A DNA stretch of 61,298 bases, counting the filler, from Chiloscyllium plagiosum (taxonomy: Eukaryota), in the NCBI RefSeq assembly GCF_004010195.1. It is 4 parts of one record of this genome, joined end to end, with 100 filler letters (N's around TTAATTAATTAA, not from the genome) between each part and the next. Parts side by side here need not be neighbours in the genome. Positions count along the whole stretch, not along the records: positions 1 to 15,014 come from NC_057713.1; positions 15,115 to 42,969 come from NC_057713.1; 2 more parts are not named here. The stretch is one strand, 5' to 3'. Positions 12,576-24,477 of this stretch are shown one piece after another (position 1 is the stretch's first letter; every line of letters begins with the position of its first letter). The position numbers and the translations under genes are program-made. The notes under the pieces are model-generated. The model saw only the letters and a list, made by a program, of their open reading frames with translations. It did no database searches and was not told the origin of the DNA.

Positions 12576-14230
12576 CTTGTTTTTCTCATTGGAAAATGCG
12601 GCAAATGGAGCATATGAGTTGCAGTCAAGCCATTGTGGTCGCTGTCGGTATGCAGACTGGAGACCACAAAAGGGTCCCATTAAACCTTAATTGAGTAAGA
12701 GAAGTCACCTGCTTCCAATAGAGGTCGATATCAGCAAAGCTGTTTCAGTAATCCTGGAACGAATCTTTAACAAACTTTGTTCTGGACTCCAACTCTTACG
12801 TTTGCACAAAACCTCAGCTAGACTAAGAACCTATACTGGGGGAAATTTACAGATTAAATATACGTCAGTTCTGGTCACTTATGAGAAGCAGCTGATTCAG
12901 TTAACACTGGTAATAGTAAAAGGTTTGGGTCCATGCTTGATGGGTCAAAATTGATTGAGAGAAATTGGCCCAACATTTGTTCAGTTAGAAAAAGGCTGCT
13001 TGAGTGAAGTCATAATTAAATACCCAGAGATTTTCTAGGAAGGACAAGGGGCTATCAAAGGAGCCATGGCCACCTTACATGTTGACCTTGAAGCAATTCT
13101 ATGATTCTGCAAGGCCTGCCTGTATCACTTGCCTTGCAGGCAAAGGTAGAGGCAGAAATGAGACAGCTGGAAAGTGAAGGACTCATCAAACCAGACCAAT
13201 TTGTGGAATGGGCAGCACCGGTCATACCAATTATGAAGCCCAACAGTCAGATCAACTTTATGGGAATTGGTAAACTGTTTTTCACAGCTGGATAAATATA
13301 AAGTCCTTCACATAGACTAATACGCAAAACTGGCAGGGGGGCTGTCCTTCATGAATCTGGACATGAGCCATATGTGTTTGCAATTGCATTTGGATGAAGA
13401 TCCTCCGAAGTGCACTACAATTAATATCCATAATGGTTTGCATGAATATACGAGAGTGCTATTTACAGTATCGTCAGCCCGTGCAATTTTTCAGTTTTTT
13501 ACAAGGTCTACCCCAGGTTACCATTTATCTAAATGACACATTAATAACAGGGCAAACCAATAACAAGCACTTACAGAACTTGTTTGTAGTCCTTAGATGT
13601 TCTCCCAGCCTAGCATATGCCTTAGAAAGGAAAAACGAGTGTTCCAGGCACACTAAGTGACCTACTTGTGCTATAGGGTCGACAAGACCGTGTTATACCC
13701 ATTGAAAAATAAAGTGAGGGCAATCAAAGGTCCCATGTCTGTATTAGAGTTTAGGTTTTTCCTTGGACTGGTGAATTATTACGGAAAGTTCATAAATATC
13801 CTGGCCTCCATCTTGAAAGTAATACGATAAAAAGGGTCAGGCTTGGAAGCCATATTTTTCATGGAAGTGAGAAAGCTGCTATCATCCTCTAAGGTGTTGG
13901 ATGATGCCTCCTTATATGGCATCGGTGTAGCATTAGTTCATAAGTGCCCCAGTGGAGAGGGACGCCCAATAGCGTATACATCCAGAACTTCACTGAATGC
14001 AGAGTATAAGTATGCCCAGGTTGAGAAGAAAGCTTTGGCTGTCATACCTGGAGTCAGAAAGTTCCAGTAATGTCTTTTTGAACATAAATTTGTAATAATA
14101 ATAGACCACAAATCCTTGCTAGACCAACTTAAATAAGGTAAAGCAGTGCTGACCATAGCTTCAGGCTAAATTCAGCATTGGGCTCAGATTTTAAACGCAT
14201 ATAATTTCAAGTTGGAACACCATCCAGGAG

Positions 14231-14428
14231 CTGAAAATGTGTTGCTGGAAAAGCGCAGCAGGTCAGGCAGCATTCAAGGAGCAGGAGAATCGAAGTTTTG
14301 GGCAGGAGCCTTTCTTCGACTCATGCCCAAAACGTCGATTCTCTTGCTCCTTGGATGCTGCCTGACCTGCTGCACTTTTCCAGCAACACATTTTCAGCTC
14401 TGATCTCCAGCATCTGCAGTCCTCACTT
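14231..14428. mobile_element. Fold-back Penelope-derived short element in Gypsy pol
   Basis: Inverted arms; TSD ACACCATCCAGGAG at 14217-14230 and 14429-14442; central HHR core eroded. Confidence 0.85.
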
Positions 14429-14694
14429 ACACCATCCAGGAGGCCAAATAACAAATGTGAATGTATTGAATCACCTGCTGTCAGATACACCACCAGTGGT
14501 ACCTCCGTTAGAACAATCTGAAATGGTTTTAAATTTTCTGGGCGTCCTTCCGGTCACAGCTGACAATATCAGATTTTAACGCAGAAAGGTTGGGTGCTGC
14601 AAAACTGATACAGCTGGTGGTACTGGAGGAAACTAAAGGCGTGTCATAAGCAGAATTGGAACCTTTTAGATCCAAAAAGACCAGATCACAGTAA

Positions 14695-15285
14695 TAGTGT
14701 AGGGCCTGGAGTGTAGGGAGGTTAGGAACATGGCATCAATTTCCAAGGAGGGTGCCTGTAAACAGGAAAGTGGCTTGAAGTGTGTATACTTCAATGCAAG
14801 AAGTATACGAAATAAGGTAGGTGAACTTGCAGCGTGGGTTGGTACTGGGACTTCGATGTTGTGGCTATTACGGAGACATGGCTAGAACAGGAACAGGATT
14901 GGCTGTTGCAGGTTCCAAATGTTTTAGTAGGGTCAGAGGTGGGGATAAAAGAGGGGGAGGTGTGGCATTGCTTGTCAAAGATAGTATTACAGAGGTGGAA
15001 AGGACGATGGATGANNNNNNNNNNNNNNNNNNNNNNNNNNNNNNNNNNNNNNNNNNNNTTAATTAATTAANNNNNNNNNNNNNNNNNNNNNNNNNNNNNN
15101 NNNNNNNNNNNNNNAGCAGTGGTGGACTTTCCCTCTTTATGGGCATTTAAGCGGGCATTGGATAGGTATATGGAGGATAGTGGGTTAGTGTAGTTTAGGT
15201 GGGCTTGGATCGGCGCAACATCGAGGGCCCAAGGGCCTGTACTGCGCTGTATTCTTCTATGTTCTATGTTCTATGTTCTAATATT
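14695..15285 (+). mobile_element. CR1 LINE pieces (endonuclease start and 3' tail) spanning an assembly gap
   Basis: DVVAITETWL, RGGGVALLVK; tail (TTCTATG)n. Confidence 0.8.
15015..15114. other. Assembly gap with artificial linker (also 42970-43069 and 54555-54654)
   Basis: 44 N + TTAATTAATTAA + 44 N = 100 bp, identical at three places. Confidence 0.9.
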
Positions 15286-15347
15286 ATGTCATATTGTTAA
15301 GGGGAGCAAGAGTGATTCTCCTGAGCAAAGGTTGCCACCAAACACTG

Positions 15348-16468
15348 TGTTGCGAAGTTCGTGTGTGTAAAATGGGGAAAGCATTGCATGGTCCCTTTAA
15401 AAGACAGTGTCTTTTCTGTGTTTGGAGTTAAAATGGATGTTTGGCAGCAGCCTGAGTTTGCTAATACACAGAGCACCCAAACTGGAACATTTTGTATCAA
15501 AAGCTCAATTAGCAGTTTTCATCAAGACAATAGACTTTTTAAATTTAGCTAATCAATTTAAATCAGGCCTTTAGCTATCAAAAACCTATTAAATTTAAGT
15601 CTGATAGTTTTGACAACCTAGGATCAATCCTATTGTAAGAAATTGACGTCATTTAGGATATGAAAGATGAGGGCATTTGGAAAATCAGGGGAGAACTAAC
15701 TGCCATCTGCTTAAAGATAACAGCTCTCAGCTCTTATTGAAAACACCATCTATTTACTATGTACCACAGCACACCATCTAAATTCCTGACAGAAAAATCT
15801 ATAGAGAAAGCATTGCTGACAGAAGGATCAGCAGAGAAGACACAGAAAGTTCCGGAAAACACGTAATCTGGCTGTAAATTCAAGAGACTAAATTCTATTG
15901 TTTTATTATATAAATGGGATTTGTACCTATTGGAAGAGCGTACTATTAGAATCTTGTGTTATTTGGGAATAGTTAGCAGTTAGAAGGGAATTGTTCAGTC
16001 TGTTAATAATTTAGTTAATTTGTTTACTTTTATGTCTTGGAGGTGCCAGTGTTGGACTGGGGTGGACAAAGTTAAAAATCACACAACACCAGGTTATAGT
16101 CCAACAGGTTTATTTGGAAGCACTAGCTTTTGGAGCGGCGCTCTTTCATCAGGTAGTTGTGTGATCAAACAACCATATGATGAAGGAGCGGCGCTCTGAA
16201 AGCTAGTGCTTCCAAATAAACCTGTTGGACTACAACCTGGTGTTGTGTGATTTTTAACTTTGTTTACTGTTAGAGTTAGATAAAAAAAAACTTACTTATG
16301 CATTATGAAGTGAGAGTCAGGGATTTTTTAAATTTAACACCTAGAAGTTGCTGAAAAATAGATTACACCCCTTTTCACTCTTTTTAACAGATTGTAGAGT
16401 GAGGTGCTCCTTTTGGGTAATTTGGTTGTAGTTCTCAGAGGAGATACCAACCTCCACTTTATATCAAC
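15348..16468 (+). mobile_element. Probable solo LTR inserted into the Gypsy pol/integrase region
   Basis: Starts TGTTG, ends ...TATCAAC; the Gypsy frame (GARVIL...|...GHPG) resumes across it; homologous to 290-1130. Confidence 0.6.
16030..16258. mobile_element. Fold-back element of a different Penelope family with a mutated HHR on each arm
   Basis: GTTAAAAATCACACAACACCAGG...CCTGGTGTTGTGTGATTTTTAAC; arms contain TGATGAAGGAGCGGCGCTCTGAAAGCTAGTG; TTTGTTTACT repeated on both flanks. Confidence 0.8.
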
Positions 16469-16798
16469 TTGCTGAACTCCTCCCAGGGTCATCCGGGGGT
16501 TTCCAAAATGAAGACGTTGGCGAGAAGTTATATCCGGTGTCCAAGAATGTGTGCAGACATTGTTGCATTGGTGAGGCAGAGCCCAGAGTGCCAGAAGGAC
16601 AAAAAAATACCACATTCCCCCAGGCCCCCACATTCATGGGAATGGCTGGGTAAACCCTGGACTCAGTTAAGTATTGACTCTGCAGATCCTTTCATGGGCT
16701 CAATGTTCTTTGTCATTGTGGAACATTCAAATTGGTTGGATGTGCATAGAGTTTATTTGTCAAACACAAGGACAATAGGAAAACTGCATGTATCTTTT

Positions 16799-18328
16799 AG
16801 GTAAAAACAATGACTGCAGATGCTGGAAACCAGATTCTGGATTCGTGGTGCTGGAAGAGCACAGCAGTTCAGGCAACATCCAAGGAACAGCGAAATCGAC
16901 GTTTCGGGCAAAAGACCTTCATCAGGAATAAAGGCAGTGAGCCTGGAGCGTGGAGAGATAAGCTAGAGGAGGGTGGGGGTGGGGAGAAAGTAGCATAGAG
17001 TACAANNNNNNNNNNNNNNNNNNNNNNNNNNNNNNNNNNNNNNNNNNNNNNNNNNNNNNNNNNNNNNNNNNNNNNNNNNNNNNNNNNNNNNNNNNNNNNN
17101 NNNNNNNNNNNNNNNNNNNNNNNNNNNNNNNNNNNNNNNNNNNNNNNNNNNNNNNNNNNNNNNNNNNNNNNNNNNNNNNNNNNNNNNNNNNNNNNNNNNN
17201 NNNNNNNNNNNNNNNNNNNNNNNNNNNNNNNNNNNNNNNNNNNNNNNNNNNNNNNNNNNNNNNNNNNNNNNNNNNNNNNNNNNNNNNNNNNNNNNNNNNN
17301 NNNNNNNNNNNNNNNNNNNNNNNNNNNNNNNNNNNNNNNNNNNNNNNNNNNNNNNNNNNNNNNNNNNNNNNNNNNNNNNNNNNNNNNNNNNNNNNNNNNN
17401 NNNNNNNNNNNNNNNNNNNNNNNNNNNNNNNNNNNNNNNNNNNNNNNNNNNNNNNNNNNNNNNNNNNNNNNNNNNNNNNNNNNNNNNNNNNNNNNNNNNN
17501 NNNNNNNNNNNNNNNNNNNNNNNNNNNNNNNAAGGTTGGTAGGGTGGAAGGTGAGCACCAGGTGCGTTCTGTCCTTGTTATGGTTGGAGGGGTGGGGTCT
17601 GAGGGCGGAGGTGCGGGATGTGGACGAGATGAGTTGGAGGGCATCTTTAACCACGTGGGAAAGGAAATTGCGGTCTCTAAAAAAGGAGGCCATCTGGTGT
17701 GTTCTGTGGTGGAACTGGTCCTCCTGGGAGCAGATACAGCAGAGGCGGAGGAAGTGGGAAAATGGGATGGCATTTTTGCAAGTGGTAGGGTGGGAAGAGG
17801 TGTAATCCAGGTAGCTGTGGGAGTCGGTGGGTTTGTAAAAAATGTCAGTGTCAAGTCGGTCGTCATTAATGGAGATGGAGAAGTCCAGGAAGGGGAGGGA
17901 TGTGTCAGAGATGGTCCAGGTAAATTTAAGGTCAGGGTGGAATGTGTTGGTGAAGTTGATGAATTGCTCAACCTCCTCGTGGGAGCACGAGGTGGCGCCA
18001 ATGCAGTCATCAATGTAGCGGAGGAAGAGGTGGGGAGTGGTGCCGGTGTAATTACGGAAGATCTGGACTTGTCCTACCTGCCTATCTCCTTTTCCACCTA
18101 TCCACTCCACCCTCTCCTCCCTGACCTATCACCTTCATCCCCTCCCCCACTCACCTATTGTACTCTATGCTACTATCTCCCCACCTCCACCCTCCTCTAG
18201 CTTATCTCTCCACACTTCAAGCTCTCTGCCTTTATTCCTGATGAAGGGCTTTTGCCCGAAACGTCAATTTCGCTGTTCCTTGGAGGCTGCCTGAACTGCT
18301 GTGCTCTTCCAGCACCACTAATCCAGAA
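16799..18328 (-). mobile_element. Penelope-like element with inverted termini and RT fragment
   Basis: FLRYIDDCIG, LPFLD, FYKPTDSHSYL; terminal repeats 16802-17005 and 18065-18328 are inverted; TSD TGCATGT(A/C)TCTTTT at 16785-16798 and 18329-18342. Confidence 0.87.
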
Positions 18329-18960
18329 TGCATGTCTCTTTTGCCATATATGGATGCCTGGACATGTTGGTCACAGATAATAGGCCATCATTAACAGCAG
18401 AGAATTTTGAATATTTCCTAAAGTCGACTGGTTTATTTCTTATAAGGACAGCTCCATACAGTCCATCATCCAAACTTCTAGGAAAAGCAGTGCAAACTTT
18501 GAAGGCAGGCTCAAAGAAACAGCCTACAGTTTCACAAGATACCAAACAGTCCCAGTTCTGATTTGATTATAGGACTACCTCTCATGCAACTATAGGGTAT
18601 CTCTGGCAGAGTCGCTCAGAGGACGAAACTCCACACCAGGTTAAATCTGATCTTCCCAGACTTGGGAGGAGGGTAAATCAGCATCAGGAATGCCAATGCT
18701 GGACACAAAGGTCAACTAAGTGAGAGAAATAGTTTACTTCAGGTTTGTTATAGGAACTACAGGAATGGTCCTGCATGGGTAAGAGGCATGGTTGATGTGA
18801 GGTCAGGTCCAGTGATGTATAAATTTCAGATATATGCAACAGTCCTGAACAAGCATAAGGACCAATTGAAAGCTGCAAACTCACAAATGAGGTGGAAGCA
18901 AAATGTACCTAGCTCTTCAACAGCCTTTATGACTGTTCCTTAAACCATAGGCCCTCCCTC

Positions 18961-19705
18961 TGGGCATATGGAATGGCCTGTTTGTTTGTCAGAGACCACT
19001 CTGAATAAATGCAATGTACCCTATCTGTTCACAGCATATGGGAGGGTGTCATGGTAAGCATTCCAAATGTCTTTTTTATGATTCCAATATTTTCCACTTC
19101 AAAAGTCCTCAACCCAATTTTGTCAATATGAATAATTGTAATCCCTAGCACTGAACCCAGTACCTAGCCAAGAGCGTCCTTGCAGGTGTCATTATACTCC
19201 ACCTTGGTAAGTTGCCGCAGCTGACAGCTCGAGATATTAGTATGGTTCTTCTCCTGGAACAAATGTTCACTCTGTTCATCACTAATCTGGGGCAGGAATT
19301 TCCCTTAGCTACTGCACAGGATGCAGTGGGAATATAATCATTTTTAATGGGAAAGGACAGCACTCCGGTAATCGTATCCCTGATATATCTAATATGATTG
19401 GTATTAGTTCATGGTGAGTGTTATCAAACAAGATTTTACCTGCAAGTTTAATTACCAGACCATTGTGAGGGCCTGGTGTATGTGTGGGACATGTTTGGGA
19501 AGGGGCCCTCACTCTTTCTTAGCCCATATTTTAACTTCATATTTGTGGAAATTTCCCTGGTGGGGCTTCTCAGGGATGCCGTCCTATCTCTGATTCTTTC
19601 CTAGGCTATGTGCTAGGCATCCCACTACCATACACCCGTTCTCAGAGAAACTGCACCAATCATCTGCATGCTTAATAATACAAGGTGGGACTCCTGTTGG
19701 ATTTC
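18961..19705 (-). pseudogene. env-like glycoprotein remnant (frameshifted, probably internally deleted)
   Basis: NGLVIKLAGKILFDNTHHELIPIILDISGIRLPECCP, then NHTNISSCQLRQLTK...VLGSVLGITII; Cys-rich with N-glycosylation sequons; lies 3' of gag on the same strand. Confidence 0.5.
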
Positions 19706-20648
19706 CTGAGCAAGGTGAGAGCCCATGGTGTTCGAGGTGAGCTACTGGTATGGATTGAGGATTGGCTGTCTGACAGAAGGCAGAAAGTTGGGATAAAAGG
19801 TTCTTTTTCGGAATGGCAGCCGGTGACAAGCGGTGTCCCGCAGGGTTCAGTGTTGGGGCCGCAGCTGTTCACATTATATATTAATGATCTGGATGAAGGG
19901 ACTGGGGGCATTCTAGCGAAGTTTGCCAATGATACAAAGTTAGGTGGACAGGCAGGTAGTACTGAGGAAGTGCGGAGGCTTCAGAAGAATCTAGACAATT
20001 TGGAAGAGTGGTCCAGGAAATGGCTGATGGAATTCAATCTGAGCAAATGCGAGGTCTTGCACTTTGGAAAAAAGAATACAAGCATGGACTACTTTCTAAA
20101 TGGTGAAAAAATTCATAAAGCCAAAGTACAAAGGGATCTGGGAGTGCTAGTCGAGGATTCTCTAAAGGTAAACATGCAGGTTGAATCCATGATTAAGAAA
20201 GNNNNNNNNNNNNNNNNNNNNNNNNNNNNNNNNNNNNNNNNNNNNNNNNNNNNNNNNNNNNNNNNNNNNNNNNNNNNNNNNNNNNNNNNNNNNNNNNNNN
20301 NNNNNNNNNNNNNNNNNNNNNNNNNNNNNNNNNNNNNNTAGGACCCGTGGACATAGCCTTAGAATTAGAGGGGGTAAATTCAGAACAGAAATGCGGAGAC
20401 ATTTCTTCAGCCAGCGGGTGGTGGGCCTGTGGAATTCATTGCCACAGAGTGCAGTGGAGGCTGGGATGCTAAATGTCTTCAAGGCAGAAATTGTTAAATT
20501 CTTGATGTCACAAGGAATTAAGGGCTACAGGGAGAATGCGGGTAAGTGGAGTTGAAATGCCCATCAGCCATGATTGAATGGCGGAGTGGACTCGATGGGC
20601 CGAATGGCCTTACTTCCGCTCCTATGTCTTATGGTCTTATGGTCTTAT
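19706..20648 (+). mobile_element. Young CR1 LINE 3' part (RT)
   Basis: VTSGVPQGSVLGPQLF...KFANDTKLGG; tail (TCTTATGG)n. Confidence 0.9.
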
Positions 20649-21305
20649 GGTATACCATGAGTCGATTATTACATCCAAATACTGCTAATTTTACAACTCA
20701 GAGGATCCCATCTACACACTCTGGTGGGTTGTACCACAGATATACTGCATACATTGTTTTCTTTTGTGCCTGCCTTACATTTTTGAATGCAGTCATTATA
20801 ATACATAAATGTAATACACAATAAATGCTCCGGATCAGTTGCACCACGGCTTTGGATTAGCTGTTCTGATGTGTTTCCTAAAAACAGAACAAGAGTAAAT
20901 TCTGAAATTATCTTTGTCTAATATTTGACACTGGGTTCTACATAACATTTTATAATTGTCCAATTGTCACCCAGTCCTAGCCCTTTTTTATAAAAAACAG
21001 CAAACAAAATGGGGAATAGAATAAATGTGCCCTGTATGTAGGATGTGGACGGGTGAATTATCACCCAGTTTGCAAATGGATTTTTAACAGTGGCAGGAAC
21101 TTTTCCTGATGAACTCCCACATAGCATCTTGTCCAGTCATGTGGGGCTGTGGAGCTTTAAAGCTATTTCCATTATAGGGTTTCCCCTGTCATCCTCGGTG
21201 TATAAGCCAAACACTATTTTTGCACCAGCTGTTGTTGCCCAGGCAATCTAGGTGTTGGCCCTTTTTTCTAAACTTCCTGTTGCCAAGTTGGAATCTTAGG
21301 TGTCC

Positions 21306-21347
21306 ACAGTCCAGAATGAGATGGCTGGTTTGGCCACAGTTATAGCA
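21306..21347 (-). pseudogene. gag: gag nucleocapsid CCHC zinc knuckle
   Basis: Translates to CYNCGQTSHLILDC (C-X2-C-X4-H-X4-C). Confidence 0.8.
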
Positions 21348-21421
21348 CAAATTGGGTTTGGAATTAAATTGTGGGAGTTCTCTACTTCTGGGGGCAGGGG
21401 ACTTGCATGGAGGGGGAATCT

Positions 21422-23184
21422 CAACGAGGTTAAAAACAATGACTGCAGATGCTGAAAACCAGATTCTGGATTAGTGGTGCTGGAAGAGCACAGCAGTTCA
21501 GGCAGCATCCAAGGAGCTACGAAATCGGCGTTTCGGGCAAAAACCCTTAATCAGGAATAAAGGCAGTGAACCTGGAGCGTGGAGAGATAAGCTAGAGGAG
21601 GGTGGGGGTGGGGAGAAAGTAGCATAGAGTAGAATGGGTGAGTGGGGGAGGGGATGAAGGTGATAGGTCAGGGAGGAGAGGATGGAGTGGATCCTTTGCA
21701 TAAACCAAATCATCTGCCGACATTTCCGCCACCTCCAAACAGACCCCACCACCAGGGATATATTTCCCTCCCCACACCTTTCTGCCTTCCGCAAAGACCG
21801 TTCCCTCCATGACTACCTGGTCAGGTCCACGCCCCTCCTACAACCCACCCTCACATCCTAGCACTTTCCCCTGCCACCTCAGGAACTGTAAAACCTGCGC
21901 CCACACCTCCTCCCTCACTTCTATCCAAGGCCCTAAAGGAGCCTTCCACATCCATCAAAGTTTTACTTGCACATCCACTAATATCATTTATTGTATCCGT
22001 TGCTCCCGATGCGGTCTCCTCTACATTGGGGAGACTGNNNNNNNNNNNNNNNNNNNNNNNNNNNNNNNNNNNNNNNNNNNNNNNNNNNNNNNNNNNNNNN
22101 NNNNNNNNNNNNNNNNNNNNNNNNNNNNNNNNNNNNNNNNNNNNNNNNNNNNNNNNNNNNNNNNNNNNNNNNNNNNNNNNNNNNNNNNNNNNNNNNNNNN
22201 NNNNNNNNNNNNNNNNNNNNNNNNNNNNNNNNNNNNNNNNNNNNNNNNNNNNNNNNNNNNNNNNNNNNNNNNNNNNNNNNNNNNNNNNNNNNNNNNNNNN
22301 NNNNNNNNNNNNNNNNNNNNNNNNNNNNNNNNNNNNNNNNNNNNNNNNNNNNNNNNNNNNNNNNNNNNNNNNNNNNNNNNNNNNNNNNNNNNNNNNNNNN
22401 NNNNNNNNNNNNNNNNNNNNNNNNNNNNNNNNNNNNNNNNNNNNNNNNNNNNNNNNNNNNNNNNNNNNNNNNNNNNNNNNNNNNNNNNNNNNNNNNNNNN
22501 NNNNNNNNNNNNNNNNNNNNNNNNNNNNNNNNNNNNNNNNNNNNNNNNNNNNNNNNNNNNNNNNNNNNNNNNNNNNNNNNNNNNNNNNNNNNNNNNNNNN
22601 NNNNNNNNNNNNNNNNNNNNNNNNNNNNNNNNNNNNNNNNNNNNNNNNNNNNNNNNNNNNNNNNNNNNNNNNNNNNNNNNNNNNNNNNNNNNNNNNNNNN
22701 NNNNNNNNNNNNNNNNNNNNNNNNNNNNNNNNNNNNNNNNNNNNNNNNNNNNNNNNNNNNNNNNNNNNNNNNNNNNNNNNNNNNNNNNNNNNNNNNNNNN
22801 NNNNNNNNNNNNNNNNNNNNNNNNNNNNNNNNNNNNNNNNNNNNNNNNNNNNNNNNNNNNNNNNNNNNNNNNNNNNNNNNNNNNNNNNNCAGCTCAGCAC
22901 TGTCCCCATGACTTGTCCGGACTTGTCCTACCTGCCTATCTCCTTTTCCACCTATCCACTCCACCCTCTCCTCCCTGACCTATCACCTTCATTCCCTCCC
23001 CCACTCACCCATTCTACTCTATGCTACTTTTTCCCCACTCCCACCCTCCTCTAGCTTATCTCTCCACGCTCCAGGCTCACTGCCTTTATTCCTGATGAAG
23101 GGCTTTTGCCCGAAATGTCGACTTCGAAGCTCCTTGGATGCTGCCTGAACTGCTGTGCTCTTCCAGCACCACTAATCCAGAATA
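21422..23184 (+). mobile_element. Penelope-like element with GIY-YIG endonuclease fragment and inverted termini
   Basis: TSTNIIYCIRCSRCGLLYIGET; TSD GAGGGGGAATCT at 21410-21421 and 23185-23196; HHR motif at about 23088-23122. Confidence 0.87.
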
Positions 23185-23196
23185 GAGGGGGAATCT

Positions 23197-24470
23197 ATCT
23201 GGGATTTCTTGGCACATTATTGCCGCTTCGTTCAGTCCTCCAAGTTGCAGGAGGGGCTAAAAGAAGCCCAGACCGTGCTTATGCAGACTGATTTTCCAGA
23301 TGATAAATGTGCCCTCAAGTCCCTTTCCCATATAGCGATTAAGTTGCAGAGGACCCAAGTCTCATTACAAGAGGTGTTGGAGGGGTCGAATCCCAGACAT
23401 GTGCCCCCTCCCTCTTTCTGAGGCATGAAAGACTAAGGTTCAGACCCAGTTTTCCCATTGTTTGTTGCTAAGAAAGGTGCAGGTCATGTCCCCGAAAACC
23501 CGGACAAAATGGACCCAGAGTGCTCCCCTTGTTATTGTTGGCACTTATGTCGTGCTGTTATGGGTTTGTCTTATCCTGCCCTATGGCAGTGAGGACAGCT
23601 GCCTTCATTCTAGGTCCCCTTCTGTAATTGTTGCTTTTAGGGTAAGGTTAAATGGACCATTGGACTAAGGTCCATGGTGACCAATTTGGTTTGCTCAGTA
23701 GTCTCCAGTCCATGTATAGTGGACTGTTGGTAGACCTCATCAAAAAATGTATATGGGCCTGAAGTAGAATTAAATAGTGTCTTTAGTGATGTCTGCCAGC
23801 TTGATGGTTAGCCTGGGTGTTGTGTATGCAGTGTGACAATCAGCTGTTTGATGCTGGCTGACCACACGATTCATGGGCTCTGGTTTCAGTTATGGGTCAG
23901 GAGTGGGTCCAAAGGTGTAGTCACCTGGGAGAAAGGTGCCAAGAGTCCCCATCTGGGAATGGGTGTGGATGTGTCAGTTTGAGGCTTCTCGTTATATCCA
24001 TCGGGCCACAGGACTCCAAAGGCACAAATTTTCACATTCTGGGCAGAGACCTGATTCACTACAGATTATACTTCTGGCACTTTGAATGCTCAGTACTCAG
24101 GCCTGGTGTATATTGCTCCATGATGCAGTCTTGCAAAACATATTCAGCTGTTTGGAGCTACCTACACCATTGTTCCAGCTTGCCACTGTATGCTGAGGCT
24201 GCCTACCAGTCTCCAAGGGCCCTCCTATCACCAGAGTAGTTTTTTTCGAATTGTGACTGGAACTGTCCCATATGGATCAGATTTTTCTGTAGTCTGGTGC
24301 CCTGCGATTCAAGTTTTAACTTTTCCAATTCATCAATAGTGATTTCTAATCAATCCCACAGTGATCAAATCTCAGCTTGTTGCCCATGGAAATGTTCTAG
24401 GTTGCATGTTATTGCTACTGTTATGGTTATCTTAGTGGCTGCCTTTTCTAATTTGTTATATGTTTCTTAC
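23197..24470 (-). pseudogene. gag: Decayed gag central region of the retrovirus-like element
   Basis: Coiled-coil-like stretch, then PYTFFDEVYQQSTIHGL...KLVTMDLSPMV, LWVHFVRVFGDM, FDPSNTSCNETWVLCNLIAIWE; leads into the CCHC knuckle across the Penelope TSD. Confidence 0.55.
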
Positions 24471-24477
24471 TATATAC

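Larger units (their letters stand above)
11610..18960 (+). mobile_element. Decayed Ty3/Gypsy LTR retrotransposon (partial 5' LTR, PBS, gag, PR, RT, RNase H, IN) with nested insertions
   Basis: LTR ends about 11755 followed by PBS-like TGGCAATGAG; gag-like FDSFNPIVEDW; IEVDISKAVSVI (PR); EWAAPVIPIMKP and VTIYLNDTLITG (RT); DASLYGIGVAL...YAQVEKKALAV (RNase H); HPGVSKMKTLARS, LVTDNRP, RTAPYSPSS (IN). Confidence 0.88.

Noticed and set aside
15059..15070. Palindromic TTAATTAATTAA within N runs, three times
   Set aside because: The identical 44N-12bp-44N layout with stops in all frames is a scaffolding linker, not biology
21809..23054. Long ORFs of 300-400 aa here and at 16869-18110
   Set aside because: Length is due to N runs; the real parts are Penelope fragments
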